From: a virus
DNA: 64,000 nt
Direction: 5' to 3' (one strand)
IMG/VR virus record: IMGVR_UViG_3300046535_000406
Location: 32,001-96,000 of that record
In this document: positions 41,642 through 51,221 of the stretch, piece after piece
How positions within the stretch are numbered: position 1 is the first letter of the stretch
Layout of the letters: every line of letters begins with the position of its first letter
Notes under the pieces: generated by a model
Told to the model about the DNA's origin: nothing
The model's database searches: none
The model's input: only the letters and a program-made list of their open reading frames with translations
Translations under genes and position numbers: made by a program

Positions 41642-42000
41642 CTGCACCACATGGACACCGCTCGTGCTTGCATCCTCTCGCGACCGTCGAGTCCGGAGGC
41701 TGGACTATGGGCACGTGCTGGTCCGTACCACGCCCGGGTGGAGCAAGCGACCAACCACCGTCACGGGCCGTGTCAGGGCAGACGGTGGGGCTTCCCGATC
41801 GACGGCTCGCCCCTGCGCAGTGTGCCCGCGCATCATACATGAGGTCAACAGGTATGATGCCCTCGCGAGGCTGTCCGGCTAAGCGCCTTCGGGCGTTACG
41901 GTTAGGAGGGTGGCGGGCAGTGACGGCCACGTCCCCGTGAAACATCGGGGCTCCGTGAAGGCCATGGCACGCGGTGACGTTGTGCGCTGTAGCTGCCGGA

Positions 42001-43449
42001 TCAGCCTCGCAGGATGATGCCGTCCACTTCGGCGATCTGGGACTCGTGGAGCGCCTTGCGGGCGATGCCCTCATTGGCGGCCCACTGGTCGGCGTTGCGC
42101 AGCAGGGCGACAGCTGGCATGTCCACCCGGAGCACCGGCACCCGGTAGTCGGCAGCCGTGCTCATGTCGTGCGCGATCGAGGCGGCCCATTGGTGGTGGC
42201 CGTCGATCACATAGTTGTCGGCGGAGATGAGCACCGGCTTCATCGGCTGGCCGCTGCCGTGCCCTTCGAGCGAGTCCAAGAAGCCAGCCGTCTTGGCGAC
42301 ATTGACTTCATTCTGGGAAGGCTTCAGGTCCTGCGGTCTGATCCGATCGCTGGTCACAGCGATGCCATCGTCGCGCAGCCCGTTCAGGTAGTCGTTCACC
42401 TTGGTCGCCGGTATCTGGGGCATCTCGTCACGTGGGATGCCCAGCGACGGGCCGAACGTCTCGTTGCCGTCCACCCTCAGCTTCGTCAAGTCGAGCGGAG
42501 CGCCATCGTGGGACTGGGACGCCTGAAGTGTGGGCTTCAGGTCGGACCGGGCGACGTTGGCGTCCTTCCCGGCAGCCAAACGCTGGATGGCCTCGGACGG
42601 TGAGTGGGCCGCGTGTCCCCCGGCACCAGCTGATCCGCCCAGCCACGCGCCATAGAAGTGGCCGTCTTCCGACTCCTTGACCGGCACGAAGCTCACCGTC
42701 CGGTGGTCCATGGGTCCGCCGTGCACCGCCGTGTAACCCCGGGTCGGGTAGCCGTTCCGCCCGGCTGCCGCCATGACGGCGTCGATGAACGCCTTGGCCC
42801 CACCCTCGTAGCCGCCTGAGCCGTACAGCATCCCGTCCGCATAGGCGTCGGCAATGTCTTCGCTGAGCGATCCGCCGGTGATCGAGCCGTTGCCCTGCAC
42901 GGTGAACAGGCCCGGGACGTTCCAGTGGTTCTCTCCGACCTTGTATTGGTCCAGCACCGACTTCACGTCCGCGTAGGCAACACTCGTTCGGTGCCCGGCC
43001 TCGTGGTACATCAGGTTCATCAGCCGGTTGTTGCGCTCCTCCGGCGTCTCGCTGATCCGCCCGCCGGTGCCCAGCACGTTCGACCCGAGGGTGATGTTGC
43101 GATCCGTGTTGTAGCCCGCATGGCCCACGATGGCGCCTCCGCCGGGATGGCCCTCGTCGTGTGCCGCCGCAGCGTTGATCGAGCCGAGACTGCCCGTGAT
43201 CACGATGCCCGGGGCCTCACCGTTCTGAAGCTGCTGGTCGGTCATCGCCCACGGCTTGGTCTGGGGCCAGCCGTTCACGTCCTTCCTGAGCGCCTGAGAG
43301 GCCGGGAAGTCAGCGAAGCGGTCCTTGGTCGCCGGGTGACCACCGGCTGAGGCGCTACCGCCCGTCCAAGCGCCGTAGAAGTGATTGTCGTCGTCCGACT
43401 CCCGGTAGCGACCCATCGCCGCCTGAATGTCGTCGCGAATGCCGCTCAC
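42001..43449 (-). CDS. two-module effector: zincin-like metallopeptidase + ParB/Srx-like domain, each preceded by an HFYGAW tag
   Basis: LMYHEAGH...SEDIADAYA; GIPRDEMPQI, DLKPSQNEV, PVLISADNYVIDGHHQWAA; tags at 43366-43383 and 42643-42660; GTGA-coupled. Confidence 0.75.
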   Translation of the reverse strand: MSGIRDDIQAAMGRYRESDDDNHFYGAWTGGSASAGGHPATKDRFADFPASQALRKDVNGWPQTKPWAMTDQQLQNGEAPGIVITGSLGSINAAAAHDEGHPGGGAIVGHAGYNTDRNITLGSNVLGTGGRISETPEERNNRLMNLMYHEAGHRTSVAYADVKSVLDQYKVGENHWNVPGLFTVQGNGSITGGSLSEDIADAYADGMLYGSGGYEGGAKAFIDAVMAAAGRNGYPTRGYTAVHGGPMDHRTVSFVPVKESEDGHFYGAWLGGSAGAGGHAAHSPSEAIQRLAAGKDANVARSDLKPTLQASQSHDGAPLDLTKLRVDGNETFGPSLGIPRDEMPQIPATKVNDYLNGLRDDGIAVTSDRIRPQDLKPSQNEVNVAKTAGFLDSLEGHGSGQPMKPVLISADNYVIDGHHQWAASIAHDMSTAADYRVPVLRVDMPAVALLRNADQWAANEGIARKALHESQIAEVDGIILRG

Positions 43450-43643
43450 GCGATCGCCTTGTTGACTTCGTCCATGGACACCCGGTCGATGTCGGCGCCG
43501 GTCACCAGCAACTCGATCAGCCGGGGATCAGGGACCCACTTCTTGGACGCCCAGTCCCAACGCTCAGCCGTGGAGCCGTCATCGGCTCGCCGGTAGGCGA
43601 CCTCGACCTTGCCGTGGTTGTCGTGGATCAGGTAGCCGATCAT
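43446..43643 (-). CDS. candidate immunity protein for the upstream alarmone-synthetase toxin
   Basis: 65 aa, ATGA-coupled to the toxin stop; Y..R....ERW.....WVPD......G....VS.DEV pattern. Confidence 0.6.
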   Translation of the reverse strand: MIGYLIHDNHGKVEVAYRRADDGSTAERWDWASKKWVPDPRLIELLVTGADIDRVSMDEVNKAIA

Positions 43644-44770
43644 GGGTTGCGCAACTGCACGCCACTGGGCGGCCACCCGCCGGGGACCGGCACGGTGTTC
43701 TGGTTGGCCTCCATCTGAAGCCACAGAGACGCCCTTTCGTCAGGGCTTGACGAGGTCCGCCACGCCTCGTAGAGCACGTGCTGCGAGCGCGCCGTCGCGA
43801 CGGACTCCGGCGTGTGGAACTGCAACTCGAAGCGAATGTCGGTGCCCGGCTTCTCGAAGACGGCGTTGACGCCCTGATAGACCGCCGGTGGTGGCTCATG
43901 GTCCCAGAAGTTCTTGGGCGCCTTGCCGCCCAGTGGGGCGTAGCCCTTCCGAAGCAGGTCGGTGTAGGCGCTCTGGAAGGTGTCCCGGTACGTGGAGTCG
44001 TCAGCCACCATCGTGTAGCGGAGGCTGTCGTTGATCCCGCCCGCCGCCTCCGGGATGGTGAGGTTCTTGTCCCGGGCGTCAGCGGCGATCTTCTCGGCCA
44101 GTCGGTCCTCGCCCTTCAGCCGGGCGTCAAGGCCCTGCATGGTCGCTCCGACCTTGCCGGAGATGGTCTGAAGGTCGGCTGTTACCTGCGGCTCGTTCTT
44201 CACCGCCGCCAAGCGCATCGCGTGGGCGGCTGCCGCCACCGTCGTCATGCCAGCTGGGATGGGATGGCCGCCCTTCCCGCCCCACCACGCGCCGTAGTAA
44301 TGGTCGTCGTCGCTGGCCTCGTGAAGGGGCTTCCACTGCCAGTCCCACGCCTTGCCAGCATCGGTCAGGGCCGGTGTCGCCTTGGCTGCCTTGTCCGCTT
44401 CCGCCTTGGCTGCCTTGGTGAGCATCGCCGACACGCTGTTCGCGACATCGGGTGCCCAGATGCCTTGCGAGTGCGCGGTCATGTACCAGATGTCACCGAC
44501 ACGATTGAACGTGGCTGACGCCTTGCCCTTCGTGATCGTGACTGCCTGCCCGTCCGGGTGGACCTCCACCTTGTCCGGGTGAGCGGCCAGCCGCTTCTGC
44601 TCGTCGTGCCCAGCGTGCGCCGACAACTCGTGACCCATCGCCTCCGGGTGTCCGCCGGACGATGCCTTGCCGCCTTCCCACGCTCCGTAGAAGTGATCGC
44701 CGCCCGACTCGACCAGACGGTGCGTGTCCATCTCGGTGGCGATCGCCTCGCGGAGGCTGGGCTCCCTCAC
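43640..44770 (-). CDS. RelA/SpoT-type nucleotidyltransferase toxin (Tas1/Apk2-like) with two HFYGAW tags
   Basis: Likely GTG 44770 (coupled to the stop of 44767..44979). RLK...KI...DSLRYT...KNFW...YQGVN...FELQFHTPES...HVLYEAWR is the small alarmone synthetase signature. Confidence 0.8.
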   Translation of the reverse strand: MREPSLREAIATEMDTHRLVESGGDHFYGAWEGGKASSGGHPEAMGHELSAHAGHDEQKRLAAHPDKVEVHPDGQAVTITKGKASATFNRVGDIWYMTAHSQGIWAPDVANSVSAMLTKAAKAEADKAAKATPALTDAGKAWDWQWKPLHEASDDDHYYGAWWGGKGGHPIPAGMTTVAAAAHAMRLAAVKNEPQVTADLQTISGKVGATMQGLDARLKGEDRLAEKIAADARDKNLTIPEAAGGINDSLRYTMVADDSTYRDTFQSAYTDLLRKGYAPLGGKAPKNFWDHEPPPAVYQGVNAVFEKPGTDIRFELQFHTPESVATARSQHVLYEAWRTSSSPDERASLWLQMEANQNTVPVPGGWPPSGVQLRNP

Positions 44771-44979
44771 GACACGAGCCTTGACTGGCGTGGGGCGATC
44801 AGCGTCGGGTTGCAGCAGCAGGCGTAGGCGTTCATCACCGCACAGATCGGCTGGTGCATGACGACGAAGTTGCCCTGATCGTGGTTCTCGCCGGTCCGGG
44901 GCCAGACGCTGAGCAGAGCGTCCAGCGTGGAGTCGTACTCGCCCGCCGCCGGGAGCACATCGATCGACGTGTGTTCCAC
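44767..44979 (-). CDS. small hypothetical protein
   Basis: Coupled to the toxin gene; H...C...CCCNP motif. Confidence 0.45.
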   Translation of the reverse strand: MEHTSIDVLPAAGEYDSTLDALLSVWPRTGENHDQGNFVVMHQPICAVMNAYACCCNPTLIAPRQSRLVS

Positions 44980-45003
44980 CCGGGCACGATAGCGTGATCG
45001 GGA

Positions 45004-46047
45004 CTAGAGCGCCAGCCCGCGTTGCAGCCAGTGGAGCCGGTCCTCGGCGATCAGCACGTACTCGTGCTCGCGCTCGATGCCGATCCAGCGGTAGCCCTCC
45101 AACTCGGCGGCCACGCCGGTCGTCCCTGACCCGAGGAAGGGATCGAGGACCACGCCGTCCCGGGGCGTCACGAGCCGGACCAGATGGCGCATCAGGTCCA
45201 CCGGCTTGCACGCCGGGTGAGTGTTCTGGCGCATGGTCTTGCGCTCGTAGACCTTCTGGTCGGCGTCGCCCCAGTTGACTGCCGTGACCTTCGAGCTTCC
45301 CGTGCTCGCGACCGGCTGCGCTTCGCGGTCGGACAGGATCGGCTCCCGATCGGGTCCGGCTTTGGGCACGAGGAACATACGGGAGTAGTCGCCTCGCAGG
45401 ACAGGGTCGGTGAGCAGCAGGTTCGCGGGCCAGCGGTCCCCGACCCGTGCCCCCTCGATGTTCAGCGCGCCGGTGCCGGAGCGGAGCACATTGGCGGCGA
45501 TCGAGCCGGGGTGTGGCTTGCGCGCCATGACGATCGGCTCCCACGCTGGCTTCAGCGCGGTGCCCCAGCCTTGCCACTTCTGGGCGTCAGATGTGATCGC
45601 CACATCTGAGAGCACGTCGAAGTCCAGCTTCGAGCGGCCCTGATCGCCCTGCTCGACGTTCGTTGACGCCATTCCGGGTGCGCGCATGGTGCCGACCACC
45701 TCGCGCTGTGCGCCTTGGAGCCGGTCGATGTCCTTGGAGATGTTCCGGGACTTGGGGAAGCCCTGAGCGTAGGCCCAGCAGAGGGTGTCGCGAAGCTCCC
45801 AGCCAGCGTCCTCGATCGCCACCATCATCCGGTGGAAGGTGCGCGTGCCGCCGAAGGCGAGCAGGTAGGCTCCCGGCTTGGCGACCCTCAGCATCGCCGA
45901 CCACGTGGCCGGGTCGAAGGCGATGCCCGTGCTGTCCCACGCCTTGCCCATGAAGCCAAGCTCGTAGGGAGGGTCTGTGGCGATTGCGTCAATCGAGTCC
46001 GCTTCCATGTCCGCCATGGCCGCGATGCAATCCGCCTCGATGATCAC
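45004..46047 (-). CDS. DNA N6-adenine/N4-cytosine methyltransferase (beta class)
   Basis: TDPPY (motif IV) precedes VLDPFLGSGTTG (motif I); GWGTALKPAWEPIVMARKP, HPACKPVDLMRHLV; likely GTG 46047. Confidence 0.92.
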   Translation of the reverse strand: MIIEADCIAAMADMEADSIDAIATDPPYELGFMGKAWDSTGIAFDPATWSAMLRVAKPGAYLLAFGGTRTFHRMMVAIEDAGWELRDTLCWAYAQGFPKSRNISKDIDRLQGAQREVVGTMRAPGMASTNVEQGDQGRSKLDFDVLSDVAITSDAQKWQGWGTALKPAWEPIVMARKPHPGSIAANVLRSGTGALNIEGARVGDRWPANLLLTDPVLRGDYSRMFLVPKAGPDREPILSDREAQPVASTGSSKVTAVNWGDADQKVYERKTMRQNTHPACKPVDLMRHLVRLVTPRDGVVLDPFLGSGTTGVAAELEGYRWIGIEREHEYVLIAEDRLHWLQRGLAL

Positions 46048-47920
46048 GGGAGTGTCCGGTAGACCAGCGCCCAGACGACCGCCGTCAGCACGACAACGAG
46101 GACCAAGCTGGCAGCGCCAACGGTGTTGTCGTGTGGCAGGCCGAGCAGGTTGATAGCCGTCGCCACGACGGCGCCCACGCCCATCAGGACGAGCCCAGCG
46201 CACCATCCCCAGAGGTCACGGGTCATTCGGTCGTCCCCAGACCCGGCAGAGGCTGCTCGGACTCAGGCGTCGGGATCGGATCGTCGGCGTGCCTCCACGG
46301 GATCACCGGGCGCAGGAACGATCCTGCCAGCCGCCGACCGCATCGGATCGTCCGCTTCTCGTTCAGGAATGTCTCGCAGAACCAGTCGCCCTTCTCGTGG
46401 CCGCCGGGCGCGTAGTGCGGGTCGATCACGTGCTCGGTCAGGGCAGCACCTCGATCGAGGAACGGTCCACGTCGTACTGACCGTTGATGCCGTCGAGCAT
46501 GATCAGGGCGCGGATGCGCTTCGCCCCGGCCCCAGAGCCGTCGTAGACAGCGAGCACGGTCCCCATGACCCCGGGCTTGGCGACCCGCTCCGTCGCCCAC
46601 TGGCGATGGCCGAGCGGGATCGCCCGGGCTACGCGGCAGCGCGGCCCGGGAGGCGGCTTGGGGAACGCAACGACATCGCCCACCTCAGACGATCAGGCCC
46701 GTCTTCCGCTTGGGCTTCAGGCCGAAGTAGCGCACGTCGTACTGGCAGTGGAAGCAGCGGGCGACGTTGCGCTCCACCGCCGGGTTGGCGTCGTTCGGGT
46801 CCATGCCCTTGGGCACGGAGGCGTACCACTGTTCGAGCGCCCCGGGCTGGGCCACGTTGGTGTGGGTGACAGGGTCAATCTCGACCTGCTCGATCGTCGG
46901 TGCCCAGATCAGGTAAGCGTCGCAGCACTTGCAGTAGAGCGGAGGACCCGACAGATCGAGGCTGTTCTGCTGGAAGATGGCGGCGGCCTCGCCCAGCCGT
47001 TCACGTGATCCACGGCAGTAGCCGGTGCACGGAGGGATGATCGGGCGCTGGTCGTACTCAGCTGAGACGGGCATCAGTCGTTGTCTCCCATGGGCAGGTC
47101 GCCTTCCTCCCAGATCGCGAGAGGCACCTCGGCGAGAATGCGGGACTCCTCGGGCTCGGCGCCCTCGGCGATCAGCTTCGCCAGTAGCTCGTGACCGGCG
47201 TCAAGCGCCTTCTGAAGCATGTCGTCGGAGACTGGGACACCGGGCCTCACGAGCGCGCCGGTGCGCCGGTCGATCACCGGCATCTTCTCCATCGGGTCGC
47301 CCAGATACTCCCTGATCTGCTTCAGGCTGTAGCCGTCGCGCTGCATCCGGGCGGCGGCCAAGATCGTGTCCTGAGCCGACACCTTGGTCAGCTTGCCGGG
47401 CTCACCGATGCGGTCGATCGAGAGCAGACCCATGGGCTCCTGACGAATGTGCTCGCCGGACACGCTGATCGTGCCGTCGGCGTTCTTCACGAGCCTCGGG
47501 CCACCGCGCCCGGGGATGATCAGTCGGTCCATGCGCCGTTCTCCTTGGCTGCGTCAACGAGGACGTGCAGCTGCTTCTGACCGGCTGGCCCGATCAGGCC
47601 CCACATCCGGTTGGCCTCCATCAGGTGGGCCGAGCAGGGCGGGCTGACGGCGGGCACACGGTGGGCCGCGACGCACAGGCGCCTCGCAAGCTCGACGTTG
47701 GTGATCTGGCCGCTCATATCATCCTCTCCATTGCCTTGGGGTCGAACACGACCAGCTGGTCAGGCGGGCACACGGGGTTCACCTCGATCAGGTCCAGCAG
47801 GCCGCCCGTCAAGCCGCGCTCCCGGAGGCTCTCAATGGTCGCAGCCGTGGCGTAGACATGAGCGCCATTGCGGATGGCCTCTCGGGCGCGCTCCCAGCGG
47901 GCTTCCTCGTCGGGGCTCAT
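46044..47920 (-). CDS. run of small hypothetical genes (incl. 46044..46226 membrane, 46438..46683, 46685..47074 Zn-finger, 47074..47532, 47520..47717)
   Basis: Coupled minus-strand ORFs with protein-like composition. Confidence 0.5.
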
Positions 47921-48360
47921 CCGGCCACCAGCATCTTCTGGCCGTCCCCGGCCACCCAGTCGGCCATCGTCTGGCCGTTGGCGAGCATCAGGTAGGGCAT
48001 GAACTCGCGCTCGACCGTCGTCTCGCCGCCGTCGGCAAACTCCATCTTGGCCTTGATGAGCAGGACGATCGCCCGCCACCTTCGGCGCCACTCGGCATCG
48101 AGCGCGACCTCCTGATCAGCTTGGTGACGCCAGCCCCAGTCGGTCTTACCGGCGGAGAGGAACGACTCGCGGGCGTCATCCATGGACGGTCGGTCGATGC
48201 TGAACTTGTAGAGCTTGCCGCCAATCTCGAACTGAAGGAAGTCGCCGGTCGGCTTGGTGCCCCACGCCATCGTGGACACGCCGTGCTTCGCGAGGATGCC
48301 CGTAATCTCGCCCCGGCTGTCTGTGGCGCTGACCTTGGTGCCGTAGGCGTATCGAGCCAT
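47917..48360 (-). CDS. conserved phage hypothetical protein
   Basis: YA.GT.VS...SRGEI..IL.KHG ... RRRWRA..L.IKAK.E ... EFMPY family motif. Confidence 0.65.
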   Translation of the reverse strand: MARYAYGTKVSATDSRGEITGILAKHGVSTMAWGTKPTGDFLQFEIGGKLYKFSIDRPSMDDARESFLSAGKTDWGWRHQADQEVALDAEWRRRWRAIVLLIKAKMEFADGGETTVEREFMPYLMLANGQTMADWVAGDGQKMLVAG

Positions 48361-48573
48361 CAGTCTGCCCACTCCGTAGCGAGTCCGATGCGATGGGTGG
48401 AGCAGCGCCAGCACATCGCGTTGCGATAGTCCGGGTCCTCTGGGAAGGTGGCGCTGCTCACCGCTGGGTGCATGACCTCCCCGCAGTCGGCGGTAACGGC
48501 GGTTCCGCCGGTGCGCCAGTAGTCCGGGAAGTCAGCAGGTAGTGTAACGGTGTGCCACCAGCCGACGAAGCCG

Positions 48574-48972
48574 TCACGCTTCGGGCGGACCCACCACCTG
48601 CTCGATATGGACGTGGACGGCTGAGAGCTTGGGGGTGACGACGATGACTGGGCTCCCGAGGATGACGTGATCGGCGGAGTCGTCCGGAATGAGATGCGCG
48701 TCTCGGATGCCGTCAAGGATGGGCTTGCAGGCGGCGACGAGGTTGTCGCGATCACGCCGGGATCGACTCGGTACGTGGAACTCGTAGGTGATCCGAGTGG
48801 TCGGCCACGGAAACTCACTGGCCCGAGCCTCGTTTCGAGCCGAGACGGCTGCGAGGTAGGCGTCGGATCGCCACTGTCGGACGATCTTCCCCTTGGAGCC
48901 CCAGTGGAGCCGGTTGAGTTGGTTGGGTCCGGGCGGGATGCCTGCGAGGACGACCGTGATGCTGTCTGCCAT
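48574..48972 (-). CDS. RusA-like Holliday junction resolvase
   Basis: PPGPN...W; RRDRDNL...KPILDGI.....IPDDS catalytic Asp/Lys pattern. Confidence 0.8.
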   Translation of the reverse strand: MADSITVVLAGIPPGPNQLNRLHWGSKGKIVRQWRSDAYLAAVSARNEARASEFPWPTTRITYEFHVPSRSRRDRDNLVAACKPILDGIRDAHLIPDDSADHVILGSPVIVVTPKLSAVHVHIEQVVGPPEA

Positions 48973-49485
48973 GCGTACATCATCAGGCACCCGAGCACAT
49001 AGGCACCGGCCACCATGATGGCCGTTCGGACATCGATCCCCACCCACGCGATCGCCAAGCATGTGACCCCCTCGATGATCAGACCGATGCCGAGCGTCGC
49101 GAGGAACGCCGCTCGCCTCACGGCCTCATCTGTCATAGACACGAAGCTCCTTCCCCCGGCGATGCACGCCGAAGTGGCCCCCGCACACGTCAACGGGGTC
49201 GTCCTCGGTGAACAGGCGGATCACCGCGTCCTTGGGGCACTGGCCGCCGCTCGCCTCGGAGAGGGACATGCAGCGCGTCAGTGGGCAGGTCGAGCCGCAG
49301 TAGTCGTACACGTCGTTGGTCGGTACGGGTGGCGCCGGGTCGCGCATGATCACCGAGCCGTTGGGCCGGTGCTCAGCCAGTTCGAGGGCGTGGTAGGCGT
49401 TCGGGTCGATGTGGGCTTGCAGCCGGTAGGTGTTCCGATCGTCGGCTTCCTGCCGGGCGCAGCAGAGCGTGTGGGTGTAGCTCAC

Positions 49486-50649
49486 CTAGCGGACCAACTC
49501 GAACACCCGGGACTTGCGGACGATCAGGTCCTTCTCAGGCGGACCCTTGACGAAGCTGTTGATCCAGACCTGCCGGTGGATGCCCAGAGACTTGTAGGGC
49601 TGGTTCCGCCAGAAGCCACGGACGATCCAGCGTCCACGCCACTCCACGTGGCGCACCGGCTGGCCGTCGGGGGGCTCGTGCTTGGGGCGCCGGAGCCGGA
49701 TCACGGTGATCGGCTTGGCCGTGAGGTTGGCCCGCTCCCAGCGGCGGCGGAAGTTGTTGGGCGCCCGGACCTGCTCGCGGGTGGCGAGCGTCTGCTGCAT
49801 CAGCCGCCACAGCGACTGGACGTGGACTTCGATGCTGTCGGTCTTGGTGCGGGCCGCCTCGAACTCCGGGGAGCCCGGCTCGTAGATATGGCCCTTGCCG
49901 TCGCGCTCTTGGACCTCCACGCGCTCCATGCCGTGGCTGGTCCCAAACTCCCACGTGTAGAGCATGTCCACCGTCAGGGTGCCGTTCCGGAACGGGATGC
50001 GCGTCCGGGTCACGCCCTCCGTGCCATCCAACTCCGAGGGCGGGATGACGTGATCGTCCAGCACGTGAGTCATGGACAGGTCCTCGTCGGGCCGGACTTG
50101 ACCCCCGGACAGGCGGCGGCGTTCCTCGTCAGCCTCTGGGCCGTTGTAGTGCAGGAAGTCACCGCCCAGATCGTAGTCGTCGGTGTCACCGACGGCATGG
50201 AAGGCGTAGATGGCGATGCCCTTGGCGTCGGCGGGTGAGTCGTCGCCCATCCCGGGCAGCATCTTCTTCTTGGGCATCTTCAGCTTGGCGGGCGACCACA
50301 TCAGGGCGCGGTAGGTCGTCTTGCGACCGTGCACGTCGAGCGTCGTGTGGGGGCGCGGGAACAGGACGAACCCGGCGGGCATGATCAGGTCTTCCGGCAC
50401 CAGTGGCTCCGGCTGGAAGGTCGGGATGGCGGCCTCCCAGAGCGTCTGCATGTCGGGATCGACCCACACCGGGTCAGCCGCCATGGCGCTCCATCTGATC
50501 TTGGCCGCGATGTCGTGCGACGGTGCCAGCCGCTTGGACTCGACCTCCTGATCGAACCAGCCGTTCACGTACATCTTCATCGTGGGCTCGTCCATGGACG
50601 TGATCAGGTCCAGCTGCGCGTCGAGCGCGTCTTCCCATCGGGCGGTCAT
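49486..50649 (-). CDS. conserved phage protein with C-terminal VRGFWRNQPY...WI..FVKGP motif
   Basis: ATG 50649 in TAATG overlap; basic C-terminal motif widespread in phages. Confidence 0.65.
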   Translation of the reverse strand: MTARWEDALDAQLDLITSMDEPTMKMYVNGWFDQEVESKRLAPSHDIAAKIRWSAMAADPVWVDPDMQTLWEAAIPTFQPEPLVPEDLIMPAGFVLFPRPHTTLDVHGRKTTYRALMWSPAKLKMPKKKMLPGMGDDSPADAKGIAIYAFHAVGDTDDYDLGGDFLHYNGPEADEERRRLSGGQVRPDEDLSMTHVLDDHVIPPSELDGTEGVTRTRIPFRNGTLTVDMLYTWEFGTSHGMERVEVQERDGKGHIYEPGSPEFEAARTKTDSIEVHVQSLWRLMQQTLATREQVRAPNNFRRRWERANLTAKPITVIRLRRPKHEPPDGQPVRHVEWRGRWIVRGFWRNQPYKSLGIHRQVWINSFVKGPPEKDLIVRKSRVFELVR

Positions 50650-51221
50650 TACGCGCCCCCCATCGGGGTCGCGTACGTCTTGCCGCCAGCGAAGATGATC
50701 AGGCGCTCGCTGTGCCGGTGGCCGGGCTTCATCTTGGGCTCGCTCGTGGTGTACGGGCACGTCTCCCCAGCCGCCTCGACCGGACAGGGCACGAGCTTCC
50801 CGCGCTTGGCTGCGATGCGGGCCTGATACGCCTCGTACCGCTTGGCTTCAGCGGGGGCTCCGAGGGCGATCACGGCCTTCTTCCAGCCGGGTCCGTGGCT
50901 GCCCTTGCGGATGAGGTGGGCCACCTCGTGGATCAGCATGTCGGTGGCCTTGCCGGATGGCGTCAGGACGCGCTTGGCGGAGCGGAAGCACACCCAGTCG
51001 AGCCACGGGTCGCCCAGTCGGTTGTGGGCGTGGGCAGAGCGGCGGAACGCGCCCTGCCGGTCGGTGCCGATGGCCTCGACGCAGCCACCGACCGAGACGC
51101 CGCGAACGGCGTCGATGGGCAGCGGGTAGAGACGGGCGTCGTCGGCCCGGAGGGACAGCGCGTTCAGCGCGTCGCGGACCGGGCCGTAGAGGTTGATTTC
51201 GTCGTACAGGACCTCAGCCAC
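50649..51221 (-). CDS. SprT-like zinc metalloprotease
   Basis: LIHEVAHL...HGPGWKK...LGAP followed by a Cys pair. Confidence 0.7.
   Translation of the reverse strand: MAEVLYDEINLYGPVRDALNALSLRADDARLYPLPIDAVRGVSVGGCVEAIGTDRQGAFRRSAHAHNRLGDPWLDWVCFRSAKRVLTPSGKATDMLIHEVAHLIRKGSHGPGWKKAVIALGAPAEAKRYEAYQARIAAKRGKLVPCPVEAAGETCPYTTSEPKMKPGHRHSERLIIFAGGKTYATPMGGA

Noticed and set aside
44771-45577. N-terminal 270 aa of the 645-aa ORF 43640..45577
   Set aside because: Overlaps the methyltransferase and 44767..44979 in another frame and reads as junk; the real start is probably GTG 44770.
45004-46047. Methyltransferase as part of a restriction-modification system
   Set aside because: No cognate restriction endonuclease recognisable nearby; orphan methyltransferases are common in phages.
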